Below, piece by piece: positions 1-6,876 of a stretch of DNA of 16,302 bases; positions within the stretch are counted from its first letter, which is position 1, and every line of letters starts with the position of its first letter. The notes under the pieces were generated by a model. That model did not search any database. It had not been told where the DNA came from and was given only the letters and a program-made list of their open reading frames with translations. The stretch covers positions 1 to 16,302 of the forward strand of contig CAZPWM010000072.1 of the NCBI GenBank assembly GCA_964590575.1, written 5' to 3'. Source of the DNA: an uncultured archaeon. GTDB taxonomy: Archaea; Asgardarchaeota; Thorarchaeia; Thorarchaeales; Thorarchaeaceae. The position numbers were made by a program, and so were the translations under genes.

Positions 1-1
1 G

Positions 2-3000
2 GATAAATAGTGTATTAATCTTGGAAACAATCCCGGTCATCGTGATAGTTGGTAGATTCAGGTAGTATGGTGAAGATCCATCCCATCCCACATCAAGATT
101 GAATAGAAATGTTCCAGGAGCGAGCAAGGCAGTCGAATCAATCTGAATCGTATATAGTCCTGTTCCCTTTATAACGATGAAATCGACTCCTTCAACAAGA
201 CCACCACTCTTGAGATCAAAGGATATCAATGCATCATTCACAGGGTTCGCCGAGGTTGCGTCTAGTAACGTAAAGGAGAGATTGAGTAGTTCACCAAAGG
301 CAGTTTCTTCAGCGGATAAGACGGTATATGACATGGTTCGAGCTCTAGTTGTAACCCGTACTATTGTTGAGTCATCAAAGTAATAGGGAGCTGTCCCATC
401 ATTCCAGTCTACATATACAGTCACATTGTAGCTACTTACTAATCCAACACTAAGTACCGTTGAATTGATATTCACTGTGAATGTACCCGCTATTCCAGCA
501 AGGGCATACTGACCAAGTGTGAGAAGAACGCCACCAGCCCAAATTTGGATATCCGAAGCAGAAATTGTACTAATCACTGATCCAAGTCCGAGGTCTCTAA
601 ACACAAACTGGAAGGTAACATTGTCAAGATACCTTGCTTGAGTAGGCGGAGTTGTTATCTCAACATTAGCTTCTCGTTTCGTCACATAAACATGGACATC
701 TAAGTTTGCGTTGTCGTGATATGGAGCCCCGCTCAACCAAGTAGCACGAATCTGTACAGTGTTGTAAGCAAGTCCATCTAATGCAGTTGTATCTAGAGAA
801 ACCAAGTAGACCCCGTTTCCTTGAGGTGTAAGGACATAATCAACACCGTCAGTAAGTGGAGTTACTCCCTTGTAGATAGCAATACTGTCAGCTGCTATTC
901 CGTATCCACTATCTGAGTCGAGATACTGAACTCGGAAAATAGCATCCTCTAGATAGGGTGTTGGATCTGGAGATTCAACCAAAATAACATCAGATGCACG
1001 GTTTCTCAGTTCGAAGAATATGTATGTGTCATCAGAATCGAAGAACGGAGACTGAGCATCATAAGAAGCCTCAATGTGGAGGTTGTAGAGCACTCCTATG
1101 GTGAGAATATGATTGTATGTTTCTACTGTCAGTTCATAATATTGGAATGCAGGCTTCCATTCAATTGTGAAGAACCAGCTTGACCCATTTAGAATGGTCA
1201 ATGTCACGAGCGAAGAGTCATTACCAATCGTATCAAGTGTGAGTCTATCTTGGAAATCGAGTATGTAAACAAGAGAGGAATTATATGGAGCAGGTCCTAT
1301 GGGTTCAGCGGAAAGTAGCGTAGGTCTGTAGAGCACCTTCAGAGTGCGCGTCGAAACAGCATCATTGATGTAGAAAAAGCCTGTTGAAAGTTCGATTCTT
1401 AGATTATAATCTCCAGGATTTGTATAGTATGTTGTATTGAGTTCGACCTCATACAGACCAGTACCTAAATCCCGTACAGTGTAGTAAGTTTCTGGAATCA
1501 CGAATATCGTGTTATAGAGTGTAATCGTCGCCCCTTCAATTCCTCTTGTTGCTGCACCTGCCATATCTGTCCATTCGAGAGTGATTGTCACGTTGTTGGT
1601 ATATGATGTCGGTGCTGGTGATTGGTAGTCGAGAACCGTCTGTCGTGTGGTGACCGTGATATAGACCGTATGTCCAGTCCGGTTGTTGTAGTAAGGTGCA
1701 CCTGCCCAAGTGACACTAAGAGTGAATGATTTTTGGCCTAAGGGTGCTCCGAATTGGGTTGTATTGAAGGAAACCGCAAATGTGTGTGACCCACCAATCC
1801 ATGTGAGTGTGTAATCAGCTAAACTCAAACTCACTGACATTTTTAGATCGTCATCAATCGGCACACTTGCACCACCAGTCACGTCTTCAAATGTGAAGGA
1901 GAAGGTGGCGTTCTCACCATAAGCCTGAGGAGTTGGGGGTACAACAGATAGAACAGTGTCACGTGGCAGGACCCGTACAGAGAGGACATCAAATCGATTG
2001 GTGTAGAATGGAGCCACACCAGCCGTCCAATTGATATAGACATTCATATAGATGAGTCCGGTCCTACCAAATATTGTGGTGCTGAACGAAACCGAATAAT
2101 TACCAGGTTGAAGGGCGGGGTTAATCTCTGCAATTGTCACTAAGCCAAGGTCAACGTTTTCACCTTGGAAACTGACGTAGATGTGGACATTACCAGTTGT
2201 ATTTGTGATGCCGATTCCACTTGTTTCAGCATAATTGAAGATGTAAAGCATAGAATCGAGATATGGAGTTGGTTCTGATGACTGTAGTAATGTGAGTTGA
2301 GAGTCAACACCGATAATGTTTCCGGATGCAGCGGTCGATTTGTTCTCATATTGTTGAACTGGACCAACCCAATCGAAGTATATTATAAAGTTCTGAACAC
2401 CCTGTCCGAATATCGTCGCATCAATCTGAAGGGTATAGAAACCACTTCCATCATTGACTAAGGTGTGAGAAATCCAGTGTGTCTGGTTCCAGATACGAGA
2501 GAGAATATTGCTGTCATCAGTGATGCCAACTTTACCATCCCAGTCGTAGTATCGCAATGAGATATTGACAATTCCGTTGTATGGAGTTGGTTCAATTGCA
2601 CTCACCAAGTTGAAAATGGTCACATGGCTACGCACAATGACTTCAATTTCACAATAGCCATCATAGTAATTACCACTACCCTCATCAAAGTTGAACCAAA
2701 CAATGTATGTCCCCAATGCATCAGAACCAGTAGTTGTGAATGATATCTGCCAAGTCGTTCCGGTCCATGTGACAACCACATTCGGTTGAGTGGTCCAATT
2801 GTGTGTCACAGTTGCAGAACTGATCGGTACACCATTGTCAAGGTCATTGAAATCAATGGAGAATATCTTAGTACTACCAACTGGCATGTCCAAAGAGATG
2901 AGAGATGGTTCTGCATCTGTGTGAATCTGAGTGATTACGACTGTGATTCTAACAGTACGAGAGTCATAACCAGCTGCGTTGGCATCTAGATCAATTAGAT

Positions 3001-4756
3001 GAATTCCTATCGCGAGACCACTCACATCAATAATCACATCGTAATATCCTCCGCCAGTATGTGTTGGAGTGACTGGTGCATCCACTGATGTAATGACCCC
3101 GATGGTTATACCGAGGGCACGGTCGAGATCCTCATAGAAGAGGACAATCGTCACATCATGTTCGTATGGTGTGGAAACAGTGTACAGGTTAGCTGTCAAG
3201 TCACTCCTAGTTGGACGGTAGTTGAATGTAATCACGAGTTGAGTTGATGCATAGTTTGGATTGGAAGGATTCACATAAACAGTGATTGTATATGTTCCCT
3301 CTGGGAAGAATGAAGCTGCTATCGTTAGATTGTATATTCCAAGTCCAAAGTCGTTAATGGTTATCGGATAGGAATAAGTTCCATTGCTAACTGAAAAGTC
3401 AGCAGCAAGTCCAGTGATGAAGTCACCATAATTAGGACCTATCTCACTCACATTCAAACGAAGTGCAATATAGAAATCATCCCCATTTGGAAAGATTAAA
3501 TCACTTGGTTCATTATAGAGGTAGGTAGCCATGCTTCTGACTCTGACTTGAAAGTTGTAGTTTGATGGATTAAGGCAGTTTGACGAGCCAAGCATTGTCA
3601 CTGCGAGAGTCACTGATTCAACTCCTATAGCCCATGAATCAGTACCTGTTGGTAACAGCACATCGAGATTTGTAAAGGGAGATGAGACTGAGTAGAGTGG
3701 GTAGCTTGAAGTGAATTGTAGACTGCTAATATGAGAAGCTGCTACTATTCCCCCTGTGTCAAGATCGGTTATTACTACCGTTATTGATGTGTTATTCCCA
3801 TAAGGAGTGACTAGATTTCCTATGACTGTCGCAGATGTGTAGTGGTTTCTGATAGTCACTTGGAAATCATAGGAATTCGGAGCATAGTAATCTGAGCTCG
3901 ACATACTCACAGTGAGTGTGATATCCTCTACAGCAACACTCCAAGTGTTAGTGACTAGCGTTGGGTTAAAGGTCCCAAATACTTGCGAACCATAACTGGA
4001 GGGAGCGAAAGTTATGGATGCAACATTGCTGATGTCAACAAACCCTCCTGTATCAAGATCAATAAGAACCACAGTTGGGTATGTATTGAAACCTGCAGGA
4101 GTTACAAGATCACCGGTAACTGAAGCTGCTATATAGTGAGGTCGAAGGATGAATGCGATTTCCACACTTGCCATTTCAAGAAGAGTACCGGGTTTTGTCG
4201 CATTGAAGATGTACGAATACGCACCTACAGAGAAACCGGCGGTAGGAAGTGAAATATTATAATGGCCATTCGCTGCAGCAACCGGAGTTACTAGAGTACC
4301 ATTTGCGAAAGTAATAGTTGCACCAGTAATCGGGCTACCGTCAAAAGTATCAGTATAGACCAATGTAGCTGTAAAATCAAATCCGGTTGGTGTTGAGTCA
4401 ACGTTTGTAGAACCTAAAGTAGTATCATGGCTCAAATCAATATACAAAATTGTTGACGCATCTGTGTAGTAAGGATGACTTGATTGAATATCGAGCCTCC
4501 ATCTGATGTTGTTCTCCAAGTGAGATGTATTTAGAACAAGCCCATACAGTCCCCCACCTTCATAATGAAACTGGAGATTTGTACCGGAGTCATAGATAGT
4601 CCAATTTGTTGAAACAGAAGCTCCTCCCACACCTGAGCTTGTGAAGTCATCTGTCAGTTCAACTTGTACATAGAGGGATTCACCAATTGTAGTAGCAGTG
4701 ATGCTGTCACCAACTGCATCAGTTGGAGCTGTAAGACTCAATGAAGATGCTTGTTG
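2..4756 (-). repeat. 15 complete Ig-like repeats plus the start of a 16th in gene B
   Basis: Same pattern (e.g. RNHYTSATVIGNLVTPYGNNT, PRDTVLSVVPPTPQAYGENA, KREANVEITTPPTQARYLDNV), matching repeats 1-15 of gene A in order. Confidence 0.8.
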
Positions 4757-6694
4757 AATAGTGAAGGTTCGCTCATACATACCAACGCGGAAATTAACAG
4801 AACTTCCAGAGTCATTGTAGTACGCTGTAGCAATCCAAGATCCAGCAAGAGCTGTAGCATCCACTGTCTTTTTGATTTGAGAATCAGGAGAAACTCGTTC
4901 AATTTCTGAACCTATTGAGTAGAAAGTTGATGGGCTGTTTAGATTCCCGAACTCAGCTGCACGCCATGCTGTCGATCTACCGTTGGCTGTAGAAAAAGAT
5001 GATGCAACACGAACCTCATCCATTACACCATCAAACCATGCTAGGTTCCCGGTCACCTGATCAATCAATCCGCCCCCGATTTCCAAATCTGCGGCGAATG
5101 AAAGATCAGCATAAGTTATCCCTCCAGAGGTCCCACCCGTATCCACAATATTGTTGATCTGTATTCGATTTAGTGACGGATCACTAGCATCCATGAAGCA
5201 AGAGAAATAGTACCACACACCAGCAGACCAGCTAGTTTGGCTGGTCCACTTGTACATTTGACCACTGGCGCCATTCTCCGTCTTAAAGACCAAACTTCCA
5301 TCAGCAGTTGCATCGTTTGAATATACAGTAGAACCAGTTCCAACGAGCGCTATGTGCATATCATTATCGCCATCCAAAAACTTACTAAAGAGAACCTTAG
5401 TTGTTGTTGAAGACGGAGTATGAGCCACATCTAGTTTGAACCAACCTGATATCTCAACATCACCATTGGGTTCGAGAGATTCAGATGCAGATATGACAAC
5501 TTGGTCATTTGAACCATCAAAGTGTTGTCCGGAACCAACCCTACCAGTATCATCATAGTTACCACTTTGAGTTCCATCATAACTACCTGCAGTTGAATCA
5601 TAATGAATTGTTGTTGATTGCCCAGCAGTAGCATCCTCACCAAGATGCCAGACAGCAGCAAAGCTCTGAGTCCATACATCATCAGGGTTTTCCATATTTT
5701 CGAGAAGAGGATTTCCATAGTACATACTGATGACGGTATTAGTAGAACCAGTGAGGTTTGTCTTCACCCATGCAACTAAATGACCTGTTGCTTGATTGAA
5801 GAGTTCTATCTCGTGTGACAATATCTTCCCAGCTGAAACAAACAGAATATCATCTCCGTCACTCTGTACATCTGTCTGAAAGTCGGAAGTAGTGATGTCA
5901 ATTAGTACAGGAAAGTTGTTCACGTTGGTAGCTAGATGCTTTGTTCTATCAATAGTGATGATCTTCTTGTATTGGAATGATTGCAAGAGATGCGTTGGAA
6001 TACCAGTTGTTGTATTGGAAGCAGAATACCACTCAGAACCAGTTGGGTCAGTCAAAACAAATTCAGTTGATGCGCCAGTAATCCAACTACTTGTACTGCG
6101 AAATAGCATTTCATCACTTAGACCAAAGGTAGATGTTGTTGATAGTGGTCCAGTACTTGGTCCTAGTTCAAGATCAAATAGATGATTGATTGCACTAAAT
6201 TCGAGCTTCCAAATTCCATAAGTTGTAATTGCAGATTCACTGACATACACAAGTCCAGCTTCAAACCACCAATCAGTCGGATTTGTCTGTTCAACTCCAA
6301 TTGGGTTGGTTAGTGACACAGGAGCCCACTCCGTTTCGTTATAGTCCACTGTAAAACTAAATGTATCAATCTCTGAAGGTGGAGAAACAAGAATGTATGC
6401 TGTCCACGTAACTGTGCTTGAGTTTGACACCTCAAAGGAGGTGCCTGATGTGAAATCTGAGGAGAGAGTTGTGGTTGTATCAGTCCAACTCGAGCTGTTC
6501 ACGAATGTACCAAAAAAGGAAACAGTAAGAGGAGAGCCTTTACCGACATAAGTGCCGCCTGCCTCTGAAATCTGATTTTGGTTGTTCAGGTAATATTCCC
6601 TGTCGGTTGCTTGGGAACCGTTTCCTGACAGGTCTACAAGACTGAACATGAATAGCATGATAAATATTAGAGAAAGAACACTGCTTTTCCTCAT
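2..6694 (-). CDS. Gene B: giant secreted/surface protein, colinear paralog of gene A (signal peptide, DUF2341 + LamG-like head, at least 15 Ig-like repeats); 3'-partial
   Basis: Manual translation from ATG at 6694 gives MRKSSVLSLIFIMLFMFSLVDLSGNGSQATDREYYLNN...FQYKKIITID...NFPVLIDIT...WVKTNLTG...MYYGNP...VWHLGE and ends at the window edge with ...GWDGSSPYYLNLPTITMTGIVSKINTLFI. The frame is the same at both ends and no stop was found. An in-frame TAA lies 26 codons upstream of the ATG. Absent from the ORF track because it has no stop inside the window. Confidence 0.93.
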   Translation of the reverse strand, partial: MRKSSVLSLIFIMLFMFSLVDLSGNGSQATDREYYLNNQNQISEAGGTYVGKGSPLTVSFFGTFVNSSSWTDTTTTLSSDFTSGTSFEVSNSSTVTWTAYILVSPPSEIDTFSFTVDYNETEWAPVSLTNPIGVEQTNPTDWWFEAGLVYVSESAITTYGIWKLEFSAINHLFDLELGPSTGPLSTTSTFGLSDEMLFRSTSSWITGASTEFVLTDPTGSEWYSASNTTTGIPTHLLQSFQYKKIITIDRTKHLATNVNNFPVLIDITTSDFQTDVQSDGDDILFVSAGKILSHEIELFNQATGHLVAWVKTNLTGSTNTVISMYYGNPLLENMENPDDVWTQSFAAVWHLGEDATAGQSTTIHYDSTAGSYDGTQSGNYDDTGRVGSGQHFDGSNDQVVISASESLEPNGDVEISGWFKLDVAHTPSSTTTKVLFSKFLDGDNDMHIALVGTGSTVYSNDATADGSLVFKTENGASGQMYKWTSQTSWSAGVWYYFSCFMDASDPSLNRIQINNIVDTGGTSGGITYADLSFAADLEIGGGLIDQVTGNLAWFDGVMDEVRVASSFSTANGRSTAWRAAEFGNLNSPSTFYSIGSEIERVSPDSQIKKTVDATALAGSWIATAYYNDSGSSVNFRVGMYERTFTIQQASSLSLTAPTDAVGDSITATTIGESLYVQVELTDDFTSSGVGGASVSTNWTIYDSGTNLQFHYEGGGLYGLVLNTSHLENNIRWRLDIQSSHPYYTDASTILYIDLSHDTTLGSTNVDSTPTGFDFTATLVYTDTFDGSPITGATITFANGTLVTPVAAANGHYNISLPTAGFSVGAYSYIFNATKPGTLLEMASVEIAFILRPHYIAASVTGDLVTPAGFNTYPTVVLIDLDTGGFVDISNVASITFAPSSYGSQVFGTFNPTLVTNTWSVAVEDITLTVSMSSSDYYAPNSYDFQVTIRNHYTSATVIGNLVTPYGNNTSITVVITDLDTGGIVAASHISSLQFTSSYPLYSVSSPFTNLDVLLPTGTDSWAIGVESVTLAVTMLGSSNCLNPSNYNFQVRVRSMATYLYNEPSDLIFPNGDDFYIALRLNVSEIGPNYGDFITGLAADFSVSNGTYSYPITINDFGLGIYNLTIAASFFPEGTYTITVYVNPSNPNYASTQLVITFNYRPTRSDLTANLYTVSTPYEHDVTIVLFYEDLDRALGITIGVITSVDAPVTPTHTGGGYYDVIIDVSGLAIGIHLIDLDANAAGYDSRTVRITVVITQIHTDAEPSLISLDMPVGSTKIFSIDFNDLDNGVPISSATVTHNWTTQPNVVVTWTGTTWQISFTTTGSDALGTYIVWFNFDEGSGNYYDGYCEIEVIVRSHVTIFNLVSAIEPTPYNGIVNISLRYYDWDGKVGITDDSNILSRIWNQTHWISHTLVNDGSGFYTLQIDATIFGQGVQNFIIYFDWVGPVQQYENKSTAASGNIIGVDSQLTLLQSSEPTPYLDSMLYIFNYAETSGIGITNTTGNVHIYVSFQGENVDLGLVTIAEINPALQPGNYSVSFSTTIFGRTGLIYMNVYINWTAGVAPFYTNRFDVLSVRVLPRDTVLSVVPPTPQAYGENATFSFTFEDVTGGASVPIDDDLKMSVSLSLADYTLTWIGGSHTFAVSFNTTQFGAPLGQKSFTLSVTWAGAPYYNNRTGHTVYITVTTRQTVLDYQSPAPTSYTNNVTITLEWTDMAGAATRGIEGATITLYNTIFVIPETYYTVRDLGTGLYEVELNTTYYTNPGDYNLRIELSTGFFYINDAVSTRTLKVLYRPTLLSAEPIGPAPYNSSLVYILDFQDRLTLDTIGNDSSLVTLTILNGSSWFFTIEWKPAFQYYELTVETYNHILTIGVLYNLHIEASYDAQSPFFDSDDTYIFFELRNRASDVILVESPDPTPYLEDAIFRVQYLDSDSGYGIAADSIAIYKGVTPLTDGVDYVLTPQGNGVYLVSLDTTALDGLAYNTVQIRATWLSGAPYHDNANLDVHVYVTKREANVEITTPPTQARYLDNVTFQFVFRDLGLGSVISTISASDIQIWAGGVLLTLGQYALAGIAGTFTVNINSTVLSVGLVSSYNVTVYVDWNDGTAPYYFDDSTIVRVTTRARTMSYTVLSAEETAFGELLNLSFTLLDATSANPVNDALISFDLKSGGLVEGVDFIVIKGTGLYTIQIDSTALLAPGTFLFNLDVGWDGSSPYYLNLPTITMTGIVSKINTLFI
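4940..5660 (-). other. LamG/concanavalin A-like jellyroll domain in gene B
   Basis: VWHLGE...DSTAGSYDG...FDGSNDQV...ISGWFK...VWYYFSC...EIGGG...WFDGVMDEVRVAS. Confidence 0.85.
5684..5977 (-). other. DUF2341-like domain in gene B
   Basis: FQYKKIITID...NFPVLIDI...SDGDDILF...LSHEIELF...AWVKTNL...ISMYYGNP. Confidence 0.8.
6608..6694 (-). other. Sec-type signal peptide (or N-terminal anchor) of gene B
   Basis: MRK basic n-region, hydrophobic SVLSLIFIMLFMFSLV h-region, polar DLSGNGSQA c-region with a possible S-Q-A cleavage site. No twin-Arg motif and no lipobox Cys. Confidence 0.75.
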
Positions 6695-6700
6695 ACTCGG

Positions 6701-6706
6701 CACCTT
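6701..6706 (-). promoter_or_regulatory. Putative Shine-Dalgarno for gene B
   Basis: Minus strand reads AAGGTG-CCGAGT-ATG: an AGGTG core matching the GGAGGTGA consensus, 6 nt before the start codon. Confidence 0.55.
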
Positions 6707-6781
6707 CGAAAGTCGACTTAGAGCGACCCACCATCTCCTCAATGGCAAGTCCACTGCTGGAGTTTCAGATTATTTGTTCCC

Positions 6782-6796
6782 TATATCAATTCATGT
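6782..6796 (-). promoter_or_regulatory. Possible archaeal BRE/TATA promoter for gene B
   Basis: Minus strand ACATGAA-TTGATATA-GG, an imperfect TTTATATA-like box with purines upstream, about 90 nt before the ATG. Weak match. Confidence 0.25.
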
Positions 6797-6804
6797 CGTG
6801 TGAA

Positions 6805-6868
6805 TTCTCTCCCTCTTTCATCGGAGCGGTCTTTTTTTCGACATGAAAGAAAATAGAGAAGGAACCAG
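6805..6868 (-). terminator. Pyrimidine-rich tract and imperfect hairpin directly after the gene A stop (terminator or mRNA stability/processing element)
   Basis: Minus strand TTCCTTCTCTATTTTCTTTC lies ~12 nt after TAG. Arm 6839-6860 pairs with arm 6805-6823 (about 19 bp including 3 G-U, with two small bulges). Confidence 0.45.
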
Positions 6869-6876
6869 GAGGATAC

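Noticed and set aside
2159-2176. 18-nt exact match TTCACCTTGGAAACTGAC shared with 12148-12165
   Set aside because: It encodes the conserved VSFQGE peptide in both paralogs and is too short to indicate gene conversion or a DGR template/variable repeat.
177-6185. Small ORFs listed across the left half (68, 75, 67, 95 and 97 aa)
   Set aside because: All lie within gene B in alternative frames or on the opposite strand.
6540-6734. 64-aa minus-strand ORF overlapping the gene B start, preceded by GAGGAG
   Set aside because: It is out of frame with gene B and the GAGGAG abuts the ATG with no spacer. The peptide is not protein-like. A regulatory uORF role cannot be excluded but has no support here.
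6695-6876. Possible tRNA, CRISPR or IS end in the only intergenic region
   Set aside because: No cloverleaf, no regularly spaced direct repeats, and no transposase or target-site duplication is visible.
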